This document shows positions 1 through 12,972 of a stretch of DNA of 64,000 nucleotides, piece by piece. The position numbers and the translations under genes are program-made. The notes under the pieces were generated by a model that had not been told where the DNA came from, did not search any database, and worked only from the letters and a program-made list of their open reading frames with translations. Source of the stretch: Octopus vulgaris (lineage: Eukaryota). Numbering within the stretch: the stretch's first letter is position 1; each line of letters opens with the position of its first letter. Location: positions 23,312,001-23,376,000 of the forward strand of contig OX597814.1 in assembly GCA_951406725.2 (NCBI GenBank). The letters run 5' to 3'.

Positions 1-1177
1 TTCATATTGTACAGGTTGTAATGTAAAATCCAATTTTATTTTACTTTTTATTTTTCATATGATAAGTACTCTGCTAAGTTATCAGAGAAAAAGAAAAGTA
101 GAAAATATTATAGTTGAAGAGAAATTATATTAGTAAAATTAGAAGAAAATGTTGTTTCGTATCTATCAACGTATGAAATTTTTTGTTCTATTGTATGACA
201 TTTTTACATGTCAAAAACTGCCATCTTTGTTATAAATATTTTTCTTATTTAAAAATATACTTAATATTTAATTTATTTTTATTTTATTTCACCTATTTAT
301 TTTTATTTCATTCATTTATTTTTATTTATTGTTATGATATTTTTTTTATTATAATATTATTTATTTTCTTCAAAGCTATATAATATTTAAGAGAAGTAAA
401 TGTACTGCATTATTTCAATAATTTATATTGATTCCAGATACTTTGTACCATAAGAGATAACATTTGTAAAGCCAGGAATTAAATTTATACTTCATAACTT
501 CTTCCATGACTTCTATTTTCAGATATAATATTTACATTATGAACCTTCATTTTCCATTAAATATCATTTTATCATTGTAATAATCCATTGGATTTCTCAG
601 TATAGTATGAACATTTCATAATATATTCCTTCCTAAATATATTTTAATGATAAATAATTGACTTTAAAGAATAAAGTCAAAATAATCATAAATGAGATAA
701 TTTGTTTCCTAAAATCTTTTTCTCCAGGATTTTGTTTGCTGAAATGGGTTCTTAAATGGCTTTGAACAAAGAACCATAGATTAAAAAGACATCTATTATA
801 TTGCTATTAAGCTGGCAAAAGAAGTTTTAACTCACCTAGATTATGAAAATGATTTTTCTTTTGTAAATGCTTTTTCTTTTACTCAGCATGAGAGAAACAA
901 TTTACAGTATTGACTTTCTTCATGTTTTTCATAGGAATATTTCTTAGTACAAGTTTACATTTCAATACATTAACAGGCTTACATTACCAGTTGCATTTGA
1001 ATAAATCAATATTTTTAAGCTTTGGATGTATTATATAATATTAAATACACTCTACAGCAAAACATAGCTTTTGTTGAAATGATTATTTCAACAATTTTGG
1101 AATATAGTCAGCTAAATTTTTATTTTTGAAACTTCATAAAGTGTAAGACTGTTTTGAATCTGAAATATCTTGTGACT

Positions 1178-1541
1178 TTTTGGATTTGGTTTGCAAGATT
1201 CTTTATATGAGTTCGTGTGTTGAAGCATATTCTGTTTTGTCTGGGGAGAGACTTTTTTTTGTGCCTTATAATTTAACACACTCACCGGTAAAATTTCCAG
1301 TTATTTCTTATTTTTATTTTCCTAAAATTTTCATTGCATCTTGCAACCTTTTCAATAGTCTTGACTCTGTTCGTTAATGCAGTGTAAATAATGGACAGAG
1401 TCAAGACTATTGAAAAGGTTGCAAGACACAATGAAAATTTAAGGAAAATAAAAATAAGAAATAAGGGGAAATTTTACCAGTGAGTGTGTTAAATTATAAG
1501 GCACAAAAGGAAAATGACTCTCCCCAGACACAACAGAATAT
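1178..1541. mobile_element. Non-autonomous PLE-like insertion: head-to-head inverted repeat with a hammerhead variant in each arm
   Basis: Arms ~1227-1372 and ~1393-1541 are reverse complements. AATATCTTGTGACT is duplicated at 1164-1177 and 1537-1550. Each arm carries an HHR-like fold. Confidence 0.7.
1322..1359 (-). ncRNA. Minimal type I hammerhead ribozyme motif, U3-A8 core variant
   Basis: Minus strand reads CTA-TTGAAAA-G-GTTGCA-AGA-TGCAAT-GAA-AATT-T-TAG: stem I CTA/TAG, 6-bp stem II, palindromic AAUU helix III. Confidence 0.55.
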
Positions 1542-1664
1542 CTTGTGACTATTTTCTGTTTAAATTATTAACAAAATTTACCAAAAAATATCTAATCTAA
1601 CCATCTGTTGCAACTAAAATAACTGGATGAGTTTACATCCATGTGTTAAAGAACACAAAATATA

Positions 1665-1870
1665 GGTTTCAAACTTTAGGCACTAGAACAGCAATTTTGA
1701 GGAAGGGTAAGCCGATTACATCAACTCTAGTGCGCAATTGGTACATGTTTTATCAACCCCGAAAGGATGAAAGGCAAAGTCACCCCTGGCAGGATTTGAA
1801 CATAAAGATGGATGAAATGCTACCAAGAATTTTGCCTGGTGTGCAAGTGGTTCTGCCAGCATACTGCCTT
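1665..1870 (-). mobile_element. SINE family B copy (decayed)
   Basis: Contains ccccgaaaggatgaaaggcaaagtc, shared with the copies at 30034, 44098 and 53575. Confidence 0.7.
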
Positions 1871-2454
1871 AAACTATACAAGATATTAAATGTTTATGTT
1901 ATATGTAGCAGCAGCTTGAAAATGTTGATAGAATCTCATTAGTCAAGCAAGAAACTAAGGATGCAGAAATATCAGTTGATAGTTACCTGTGTACATGAAT
2001 TGGGTTGACAGTTTTATACAAATCCTGATAAAGAGGCCCTAATGCTCTACCTGAAAAGCTGAAGAAATTGAATACAGTAGGAGGTTATGCACCACATGAG
2101 TGTAGAATGTTGATAAAACTAGGCTTTTTCTGGAGATGTATGCATGCTAAGGCCTTTATTTCAAATGAAAGAAAATCTGTCTAATGGCATGTTCTGGATC
2201 TAAATGAAAAGATAGAATTAGATGAACTAAAAAAAAGGAAGACAGAATTTGTGTTCAAGCTTATTTATTTTTTTTTTTTTTGCCATTTGTCAAGTAATAG
2301 GAAATAAGGAAAATTGGACTAAAAATACATTGCTACCATTTCTTACAGCAGTGAGCAATACTTTCCCATGGTACTCTTTTAAGGCTAAAATCACAACCGG
2401 CTTTTAGTTTGTAGAATGTAACACAGCAATGATGATGCAATGGACACATGTAAA

Positions 2455-3175
2455 CATTAATACAGCCTACATTATTGTTATCCTAATGTCTTTGCAATGT
2501 CAGCTGTCCTTGGGAAGATCGTCAAGCATCTCTCTAATCTTGGCCACCAGCTTGACCTTGGTGATGCAGGCAGAGCAGTTGGTGTCTTTCTGACCCATAT
2601 CCTATACATAGTAATCCTTGGGATTACAACTAGTGAATTAGGAGGCCAGAAATTGGGGCTGATGAAGTAGAAATTATTCAACAACCACTTCTCAGTAGTT
2701 CTGGAGGTATAACAAGGAACCAAATCCTGTTGCCTCACCTGTGACATTCCAGCAGCATCCCTTTCAAGCTAGGGTTTCACCACAGTCTCTAGCAGCTTCA
2801 CATAGCTGTCTGACTTGTGTATAAGACCCTGTGGGGAAGCATGATGTCACTCAGACTGGAGTCACTTCCTGCCTGCCATGGCTTTATAGTCTTCATTGCA
2901 GCTATCCATATCATGTCTTCCATTTTTCATAGCGTTCACAGAGCATGTGGCAGCAATCTTGACGCTGGCAATTTGATACCCTGCATGAATCATCATGATA
3001 CAGGTAACTTATTTCCAGTATTCAGATAAATTCCAGTACTCCATGTCAGGCAGCTTTTTCTCAACTACAACTTTAATCTTTATGCTCTCCAACGATGTTA
3101 ACTGTTCACCAATTCATCAACCTGTTTTTGAAAATTGAGACATAAAAGTCGTCAAATTGACTCTGAACATCCTGT
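2455..3175 (-). pseudogene. Tc1/mariner-superfamily (maT/DD37D-like) transposase fragment
   Basis: Minus-strand translation FISPNFWPPNS..V.P...Y resembles the WPPNSPDLNPLDY motif; frameshifted. Confidence 0.55.
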
Positions 3176-3189
3176 CAATTAGTTTGAAA

Positions 3190-3382
3190 TTTTTGCACAA
3201 GCCAACAATTTTGTGTGAGAAAATAAGCCAATTACTTTAACCCAAGTGCTTAACTGGCATTTATTTTTTCGACCCTGAAAAAACAAAAGACAAAGTTGAC
3301 CTTGGCAGCATTTGAACTCGGAATGTAAAGTCAGAGGGAAGATTGCAAAGCATTTTTGCCGATGTGCTAATGATTCTGCCAG
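3190..3382 (-). mobile_element. SINE family B copy (decayed)
   Basis: aaagttgaccttggcagcatttgaactcggaatgtaa...tgctaatgattctgccag matches the other family B copies. Confidence 0.65.
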
Positions 3383-4779
3383 ATATTGAGAGAGAAAGTG
3401 AAAGAATGATAGCAATCACTTTACATTATAACCATCTATGATGATGCTGATGTCTTATTTCTTTAGAATTCATTGAGAAAATTGAAGTCATGTAATGGTT
3501 TAATTAACACAAAGATATAAAATTACTCTTTAGATAGTTAACAGCTCACAGAGAGAGGGTACAATTAAGCAGCTAAGAACATAAAACGGTGGTGTTCAAT
3601 TATGTTCTAAACAGATTTTGTACTTATATTTTAAGCTATTTTTCTCATAGACACTACATTACCACTACCTATTATAAGTTTAGCCAAGTACATTATTTTA
3701 GGTAATGAATAATGTTAGATTACCATTTATTACTACTGCTGAAAGTTGATCGCTAATTTAGTTTCCTTCAGTTTCCATCCAGAAAAAGACGGTTGTCTCC
3801 CCTGTTGAAGTTATTGTTAATAGCTAATGCAGCACAGCAAATGTGCTGTCCTAACATTAAGAGAACAATGTTTCATAAGAAATAATGTAGCAATCTTTCT
3901 ATAATTGAAGAGAAAGTTAGATAAATAGGAGACATTAATAATTGCCTCTATCAAACTGGAAATTATGATTGTGATGCAACAATTATTTGTGAAGTTCTAA
4001 ATGTATTTCTTTGAAGATGTCATAATAGCAATGGAATTCTTGCACATTAACAGGTTTATATAACTTTAGAGGATTATATAACTTTCCATATTGAATAGAT
4101 ATGGAGCTACTTGCGAGAAAAAGCATCTGATAGTTGGAATTATGGTGTAAGTGATGGGACCTTTAAACTAATTATGGTTATGGCCTGTTAAATTGAGTGA
4201 TTGGGGAATTTAAGCAATGAGAATAGTAACAGCGTTATTAATTTGTATCGTCTAAGATTTACTTAGAAAGAGTGTGTAAACAGTAAAGCTACTAATCATG
4301 TAGAAAAATGTAACAGCATTACAGGATACAAAAGCTGCTAACTAATACAGAATAGCTTCCAGAGCATATTAAGATGTGAGAGAAAAACTATGATGTTTTG
4401 GCTTGAGTTGGATCAGCTATGAAGGAAAGCAAAACAATGTAAATAACTAAAATACAGAATACAAAATACAAAATGGCTGACCGTTAGTAAGGAGAGACAC
4501 ACAAATAAGAAAGAAGAAAGCAAAGGACCACTGATGAGGTCACAGAAAGAACTCTAGCCGAAATAAGATTAAGATTAATGTAAAAAATAAATAAAGCTGA
4601 AGCAAATTAACACCAAATATGTAGTGCGTGTGTTTTTATTGGCTAAACTGGCAAAAAACTATTCCTAAATACAACAACATAAAATAAGACCATCATATCC
4701 TTAGAAATGATAATGATTTTTAAAATATTCACATATGGAATAGATTAACCTGTGCTAGCGCGGAAAACGGATGTTAAAC

Positions 4780-4815
<36 letters not shown>

Positions 4816-5227
4816 ATCAAATTAAAACAGAAAATGTTACTGTCAATATTAATCAATACAGAATTAGTAATTTATTTTGTTACTTAATCTGAGAAAGGGC
4901 TTAATATTAACTTATCAGGGACATTTTGATTATGAGATATGAACAGTTGGATTTGATTGATATAGTTAATGTGAAGTTTAAATGTTGTTCGTAGGAAAAA
5001 AATCAAATGATGCAAGAGCCAAATGGATGTGTTTTGAAGAGGGCAGCATCTTCATCATTTTCATGGTTGTTTTTTCATGCTTGTATGGAGTTTATATATT
5101 GAGGTGGATTTTCTATGGTCAGCTATCTTTCACGTCACCAACTCTTTCCTGTTTCCTACCAATGTAATATTTTCCCAAAGCCAGACATGTTATTACTGAA
5201 TATTGGAAATGAATAACATTGATTATA

Positions 5228-5421
5228 CAATATATATATATATCATCATATATATATATATATATACATATATATATACATACATATATATACATATATA
5301 TATATATACATATATATATACATATACATATACATATATATATACATATACATATATATATACATATACATATACATATATATATATATATACATATACA
5401 CATATACATATATATATATAT

Positions 5422-5471
<50 letters not shown>

Positions 5472-5552
5472 ATATATGTATGTATGTATGTATGTGTTTG
5501 TATGTATGTGTATGTGCATGTGTGTGCACGTGTGTATGCATGCATGTGTGTG
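5228..5552. repeat. Compound (AT)n/(ATATAC)n/(ATGT)n/(GT)n microsatellite
   Basis: Directly visible. It explains the overlapping Y/I/H-rich pseudo-ORFs. Confidence 0.95.
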
Positions 5553-5843
5553 TAATATACTTCTTTCTGTTTTCATCTGCCAAATCAATTGGCAAGGATT
5601 TCACTGAACAAGAACTATAGAAAAAGATACTTGGCTGAGGTGCTATGCAGTAGGACTGAACCCAAAACCACACAGCCCCACCACATGCACCTATCTGTAG
5701 TTGGGCATGAAGAAAAAGTTATTTTAGACATGATGGGAGAAATGAGATGAGGGGACAAGATTAAGAAAGAGGTGGACTATGGTGATCAAAGTGATCAAAG
5801 GAACAAAAGGGCGGTACAGTAATGGTGCCACAAGGAGAGAGAA

Positions 5844-5881
<38 letters not shown>

Positions 5882-5974
5882 CACAATTCAACAAAAAGCG
5901 ATTATAACATATTGACAAAGGAAAACCCTTTATAGGTTACATTTTTGTCTTTAGTATTTACTGTAGCATAGAGT

Positions 5975-6397
5975 GACCCACTGTGCTTGAGGAAACCTAT
6001 TGAGTCAAGTATGTCAACACCAACATCAAAATAAAAATCTAATGGAAATTGTAGTTAAGATACCCGTGCAATTGGCACGTAAAAAGCACCATCCAAACGT
6101 GGCTGATGCCAGTGCTGCCTGACTAGCATTTGTGTCGGTGACACAAAAAGCATCAACCGATTGTGACCGTTTGCCAGCCTCATCTGGCCCCTGTGCCAGT
6201 GGCACGTAAAAAGCACCCACAACACTCACGGAGTGGTTGGCGTTAGGAAGGGCATCCAGCTGTAGAAACACTGCTAGATCAGACTGGAGCTTGACGCAGC
6301 CTCCTGGCTTCCCAGACCCCAGTTGAACCATCCAACCCATGCTAGCATGGAAAACGGACATTAAACGATGATAACGATGATGATGATGATGATGATG
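5975..6397 (+). mobile_element. RTE-LINE 3'-UTR-derived repeat with (GAT)n tail
   Basis: ggcacgtaaaaagcacc units, ggttggcgttaggaagggcatccagctgtagaaac, ccatgctagcatgg and (gat)n. The same tail follows RTE coding sequence at 23610-24850. Confidence 0.8.
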
Positions 6398-6969
6398 AAT
6401 GCAAGTGTGGTAGGAGTATCACTATAAATATGCTTTTGATTTTTCAGTTTTGATAGCATATAATGTATTGCATAACATTACAGGTACATTTTCTAATGTT
6501 TTCTAGCCTTGAAAGGGGGATCCAACATTTTTGTGCGGACTGCTAAGTTAAGTATATTAGAGGCTATTAGATTAAGTGTGACCTTCCATTTTAGGGAGCA
6601 CAGCAGCTTGGAATGCTAGCATAAAAGGTATAAAAAAAATTTTATGGAATTCATAAAGAGCTGGAGAAAGTTAATGGATGGATATTTGTTTCAAAGTGTC
6701 AAATTCTGACTAAAAAAAATAGGATATTGCCCCTCACGTGCGTTTGTGTAATTAATATACAAATATGTGTAAGCAAATAGGTATGGCCACAACATGCATA
6801 CACACACACTAACACACTCACACATACGCATATATATATATATATATGCAAGTGTGTTTATACATGCGCACACATATACATACATTATCATCATCATCAG
6901 TTACTGGTCATTTTCCATGCTGGCGTGGGCTGGATGGTTTGACAAGCCAAATGACTGCACCAATCCCTC

Positions 6970-7137
6970 TCCCTCTCTCTCTTTCTATCTAGCTATATAT
7001 ATTACCTCCTGTTCCTTTCTGTTGAAGAGCGTAGGCTTGAAACATAAAAGATTTTCTCACCTTCCCGGGCGTTAAACTAATACACCTGTATGTTGTTTAT
7101 ACACCTGTCTTCCTCTTTTGTTTTCCTGTAAATTTCA

Positions 7138-7142
<5 letters not shown>
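6970..7142 (+). mobile_element. PLE-terminus-like repeat with hammerhead variant; second copy at 49862-50010 (-)
   Basis: Two homologous copies; HHR-like fold at 7015-7050. Confidence 0.6.
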
Positions 7143-7191
<49 letters not shown>

Positions 7192-7395
7192 AAGAGAGAG
7201 AGAGAGAGAGAGATGGAGAGAGGAGAAAGAGGAGAGGAGAGAGAGAGAAAGTTTTTGTCAACTTAATAGAAGATATTTTATCCAAGGTGACATGGAGTGG
7301 GATCAAAACAGGTGCAAGTATTGGTGTCACATGACCAAATTAAATTAATACTCTATTTTATAGCATTCATAGTTTCTCTTTCATTTATTGCCATT

Positions 7396-7614
7396 TATTT
7401 CTTTATTTCCCACAGGGGGCTAAACATAGAGGGGACAAACAAGGACAGACAAAGGGATTAAGTTAATTACATCGACCTCTGTGTGCAACTGGTACTTGTC
7501 TAATTGACCCCGAAAAGATGAAAGACAAAGGTGACCTTGGCGGTATTTGAACTCAGAACATAACAGCAGATTATGTTTTGCCTGGCATGCTAACGATTCT
7601 GCAAGCTTGCCACC
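7396..7614 (-). mobile_element. SINE family B copy
   Basis: ggggctaaacatagaggggacaaacaaggacagac tail shared with 30034-30265, 30969-31190 and 53575-53793. Confidence 0.85.
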
Positions 7615-7868
7615 CTTTTCATTTATTACTATTTCCAAAGTATGCATATATGTGTGTGTGTAAGTAAGTGCTTAAGCATGTGTATATGTATGTCCACTAA
7701 ATGTGGACTAGAGTTGGGCACTTCGACAGGAACTTACAAATCAGAAGATTGTGTTAAATTTCAAAGTCTGTGTTGGCATGGTTTCTACATCTGGATGCCC
7801 TTCAAAGGGTACTAAGTGGTTTTGGGAAAGTGATAAGCTGCGATAAAAAAGAGAGAAGAGCAGCAAAA

Positions 7869-8426
7869 TATTGGGTTGTCCGGAAAGTTTGTGCCGATTT
7901 ATAGTAGCTTACCTTTCGACTTATTTTAGATCATGGTTGAGGCCATAAAATAGGATTTGACTACACCTCCATTTAGAGTACAGTTTAAGCTGTCTTTTCG
8001 TGGAAGAAGGTTTATGTTCCTATAACCTGTGTTAATTCTGTAACCCTTTAAAATGGAAGATAAGAAAGTTCATTTTCGGCACTTGATGCTTTGCGAACCA
8101 GACAAAAATTGCTGCAGCTTGGCTGAGATGTGTTACCTCATCCTCCATATTCACCAGATATTGCTCCTTTGGATTTCCACTTATTCAGGTCTCTGCAGAA
8201 TGGTCATAATGGTAAAAATTTCAATTCCTTGAATGACATAAAAAGATACCTTGATGAATTCTTTGCCATGAAACCACCTCAATTCTGGGAAGAGTGTATT
8301 TTCAAGTTAACAGAAAGAGGGAGACACATTGAGCAACAAAATGGTTCATATTTGGTGGATTAAAAATGTAATGGCAGGTATTTCTTGATTTTTTTTTCTT
8401 TCCTTTAAAAATCAGACAACCCAATA
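7869..8426 (+). mobile_element. Internally deleted (non-autonomous) mariner element
   Basis: TA-ttgggttgtc...gacaacccaa-TA termini. N-terminal MEDKKVHFRHLML is joined to C-terminal LPHPPYSPDIAPLDFHLFRSLQN (ORF 8130-8363). Confidence 0.9.
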
Positions 8427-8743
8427 AATCATATAAGTAGATAATGATTATATAGTTAAAATTATGCCATATAACTATAGTATGATATAAAATAATGAGA
8501 AAAAGGAGGCTGATAGGTGAGAATGAGTGGTTAAAAGTTGTAAGACAATGAGAAAGAGAAAGTGGGTGAGAGACATAGTATTAGGAAGGAAACTGGTCAG
8601 TGGTACAGGAATGTAAGAAGTGGTCAAGAAAAGTAGGGAGAGCTAGTTGTAAAAATAGATATGATTGAGTGTTAAGAATGAAGAATGGGTGTCTGCTCTC
8701 AATTAATTGCAGCAGCAGAATTATGCAGACTTATGCAGCTGCA

Positions 8744-8927
<184 letters not shown>

Positions 8928-9109
8928 AGCCTCTATCTCTCTTTCTCTCTCTCACTCTCTCTCTGTGGACATTCCCAACTCCGACTGAAAAAGCAATTGG
9001 CTGCGAATGATTCGTATATCATGTTTTGTCCTGTCTGCCATTGTTATGTTATCGTCCTTTTCCTGCTTGCTATGTTTTGACAATTTTCATTTGTTATTTT
9101 TTACCTTTG

Positions 9110-9158
<49 letters not shown>

Positions 9159-9299
9159 CACAGAAACACACATACTCGCGCGCACACACACACACACACA
9201 TACACACACACAGAGACATATTCTCATACATTTACATATATGCATGCATATATGTTTGTACTTGTGTGTAATGTATATGTATGTATATATTTATGTATA

Positions 9300-9495
9300 T
9301 AGTTGGTTTCAAGTTTTGGCACAAGGCCAGCAATTCCATGGGTGTGGGTAATTTAATTATATTGACTCCAGTACTCAACTGGTACTTATTTTATCGACCC
9401 TGAAAGGATGAAAGGCAAAGTCGACCCGTCAGAATGTAAAGTTGGAAGAAATGCCGTTATTTCCCTGGCATGGTAATGATTCTGCCAGCTTGCCT
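9300..9495 (-). mobile_element. SINE family B copy
   Basis: ctggtacttattttatcgaccctgaaaggatgaaaggcaaagtcgacc. Confidence 0.75.
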
Positions 9496-9688
9496 TATTT
9501 ATATACGTACATATTGAGGTGCTGAATGTGTAACAAGTTACCGCGGGAATTAGGTTTCAATAAACTCCAAATCCTATATGCAGTCTATGATGCATCATTG
9601 ACAAGGACTCAGATGAAAACATAGTAACAAGATCTGTATAAAAATAAAAGGAGCAAAAGACAGAAACAGTTATTAATGTTTAAGATAT

Positions 9689-9747
9689 TTTGTTACATAC
9701 ATTTCAATAATCATTCAAATCAATCACAGATCATTTCATCAGAAGAA
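9689..9747 (-). ncRNA. Decayed minimal hammerhead motif
   Basis: Minus strand reads CTGATGA-AATGATC-loop-GATTATT-GAAA-TGTATG-TA. Stem II is 7 bp; stem I pairs poorly. Confidence 0.4.
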
Positions 9748-10825
9748 ATATATTGAATTCTGAAGCCTAATGTAATATATTGCAAAAGAATCAAGCTTCA
9801 ACCAAGAAGGAAAATGTAGCTTAAGTGAGAAATAATTGGGAAGTGATAAGTAATGAAATATCTAAAATGTCAATAACTTGTTTTCTGTATTCTGTTCCTT
9901 TTAGCTATAGATATGTAAGTGTGTGTGTATGTATGTATATACTTACCACCACCCTCTCACCTTTCTGCAGCAAATTCAAAAAACAGAATTTCACAAATAA
10001 AACTTAGCCTAATTAACCCATGTTTTTGGGATGGGTGTGTGGGTTGTTACATCCATTGTCCCCTTTTGGCCACCCCACATTTCTTCAACACCCCTCTTGA
10101 TCTTTCTGCCGTGCATAGGGGAACAATACTGATCACTTTGAGAACCACTGGGTTAGACTCTGAACCATGGAGAAGCCCAAAGGATGGATAATTCTAATAG
10201 AAAAGCTTACAATATGTGGTTCATTTTGTTTGTGGCAAACATTTGCACTGATTGCTTACTATCAGCATCTCCTAAAAGTGTGGTTCATTTTACATAAGAC
10301 TTCTCCACTGAAAAATCAATCATCTGCATAGGCAGTCTAATGACTATTGATTGTGGGACCTGCTGATGTCAAAGCTAAAGGAAGAATCCACTATATATAT
10401 ATGCCATGTAAAAAACACTCAGTCCACTCTGAAAGGTGGTTGGTGTTAGGAAGGGCAACCAGCTGTAAAAACCCTGCCAAAACAGACAGTGGAGCTTGGT
10501 GCAGTCTTCTGCCTAGAGAGCCCCAGTCAAACTGTCCAACCTATGCCAACATGGGAAACAAATGCTTAATATTGATGATGATGATGATGATGATGATATA
10601 CATATTCTCACAGTATCTGCTGCATTATAGTCTGATCTAACAGAATATCCTTGTTTAAGTGGTGATAAATTTTACTTCTTGATATTAATACTGCTTCTGT
10701 CACTAATATATGTTTTTTTTAACAAACTCACTGGCTAATCGTGACACCAGTACCTGTTCAACTGCTGTTTGTCTATATATTGCTGGCAGTGAGATGAGAT
10801 ATTGCTGTCTCTAGTGTTCAAGCAT

Positions 10826-10872
10826 TCATCATTGATGAAATCAAGGAAGATTGAAATCACCTGATTTGGTGG
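10826..10872 (+). ncRNA. Type I hammerhead ribozyme motif inside a ~356-bp partially tandem unit
   Basis: TCATCA-TTGATGA-AATC-AAGGAA-GATT-GAA-ATCA-CC-TGAT-T-TGGTGG: stem I 6 bp (two G-U), stem II 4 bp, helix III 4 bp. Confidence 0.7.
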
Positions 10873-11339
10873 GTTCACCAAGGGAGCTGGCAGAAATTTG
10901 TCTCCCTGCTAGTGATATAAACAAGAGTGCATTTTACACCAAAAGCCAATATGAGAATTTCTGTCATGATATTTAGTGCAGTATAATTTGTTCTCACAGA
11001 ACATCTATGTTTAAGTGGGGATAAGTATTACTTCTTGGAATTAAAACTGTCTCTGTCATTCATATACATTTTTTGCAGACATATATAACTACATACGCAC
11101 ATGTATACATACACACACACACTCACACACACACGCACACACACACATACACACGCAGGTGAGCACACAAGTGCAAAACGAGGTGGAAAAAAATAATACT
11201 TGAATGCCAGAGGTAGAGTAATATAGTTTTTTTAAAGCTGCAAAATTATCACAGAACTCTTCCTTAGAGTTTCATATTCCTGTTAGTTGAACAGCTGTGG
11301 TAAATACATACATACACTCATATATACAAACATACATAT

Positions 11340-11520
11340 ATACATATTCATACCAATAATAATTGGAGCACTGGGTTTTGTTAGTAAATGCTTAAAGGAG
11401 AATCTGGATAAACTGGGATTTTCAGAAAGAGAAATTGACCAGCTAACTCGTTCATTACAAGTGCAGTCTGTAAGTGGAACAGTAAAAATATGCAAGACTT
11501 TTCTCAAGTTTCAAATGTGA
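11340..11520 (+). pseudogene. C-terminus of a restriction-like-endonuclease non-LTR retrotransposon (R4/Dong/NeSL-like)
   Basis: IPIIIGALGFVSKCLKENLDKLGFS...SGTVKICKTFLKF*. A close second copy lies at 55078-55265 (-). Confidence 0.7.
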
Positions 11521-12625
11521 ATTTGTGTTAACTACATCCCAACTACCAATCTTGGTGCTCCAGATTGGTAGCAGTCAAATTACTGAAACAAGTAAAAGAA
11601 TAGAAGCATATCTACCCATCTGTCTCTCTGTCTCTTTGTCTGTTTATGTGTGTGTGTGTGTGTGTGTGTGTGTATGCATGTATGTCTTTGTGCAAGTGAG
11701 TTCATATTTACTGTTTTCCAGCTTTCCATCTAAAAACAGGTCCAGTCTGTTTGTTATTTGTAACACTGAAATAATATTACTTCACTTGGAAGCAAGTAAA
11801 GTAGAGGTTGACAATAGAAAGGGCATCCAGTCACAGAAAACTAGGCCTCAACATACTGTCACCTACTTCACACAGGTATAGTTAAAACAGTGACAATGTT
11901 GATGATGATGATGATGATGAGAGTTTAAAGTGTGAGACATAGTTGTAATAATATAAAATGTTGATATAATGATCTGAATGCAATTAGGATTCTAAAATAT
12001 ATTTATAAGAAACAAAAACTATGAAGATAAATTTCACGATTTGAGTTCATTAGTGAAACACTATGTGAAAGGTTTCAAATATTTTGCTTTTAAATTAAGC
12101 TGTCTGTTGAGTTCTATAACTTAATTTTCTTGTTCATTTCATGAGACAGAGCTGCTTTTGTGTTGTAAACAATGTAAGAAATGATATCAAGAACATTCCT
12201 ATAACTATGCAAATAAGGAAATAAACAAAAATTAAAGTGTGACTATATAGACGAATATGTGTGCATGGACACACATACATATACATGCTGTTGAGTATGG
12301 CTGTATATATGCTTGCATGTGTGTGTGTGGGTTGAAAACACATATATTCTCACTCTTCTGTATCGTTTGATATACATATATATGTTTGCATGAATATAAA
12401 ATAAATGAAATAAACACACAACAATATATGTTATGTATGCCTTTACACCTACGTAGATCATCTCTTCATAACAATGGAAAGAGCATATGTTATGCTATAC
12501 TTATACATACATATAACCTCCCACCACACACATACATAGAGAGAGTGAGATGTGTGTATATATATATGTGTGCATGTTCGCACATACATACACATGTATG
12601 TATATATGTATGAGTACATAGGTGT

Positions 12626-12972
<347 letters not shown>

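Noticed and set aside
2021-2065. CTGATAA..AGG..CCTGAAAAGCT possible hammerhead
   Set aside because: The core is mutated and stem I is absent.
4526-4575. CTGATGAG...GCCGAAA possible hammerhead
   Set aside because: Stem II pairs poorly and there is no stem I complement.
5119-5673. Longest ORFs in the track (Y/I/C/H-rich), and similar ones at 8.7, 12.6, 35.4, 40.5 and 63.6 kb
   Set aside because: They are translations of dinucleotide and tetranucleotide microsatellites that lack stop codons.
6026-6361. Recurrent ORF family MSVFHASMGW...DLAVFLQLDALPNANHS
   Set aside because: It is the antisense reading of the multicopy RTE 3'-UTR repeat, and the frames differ between copies.
11170-11296. Repeat-like segment with possible minus-strand hammerhead remnant
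   Set aside because: It is too degenerate to support from this single copy.
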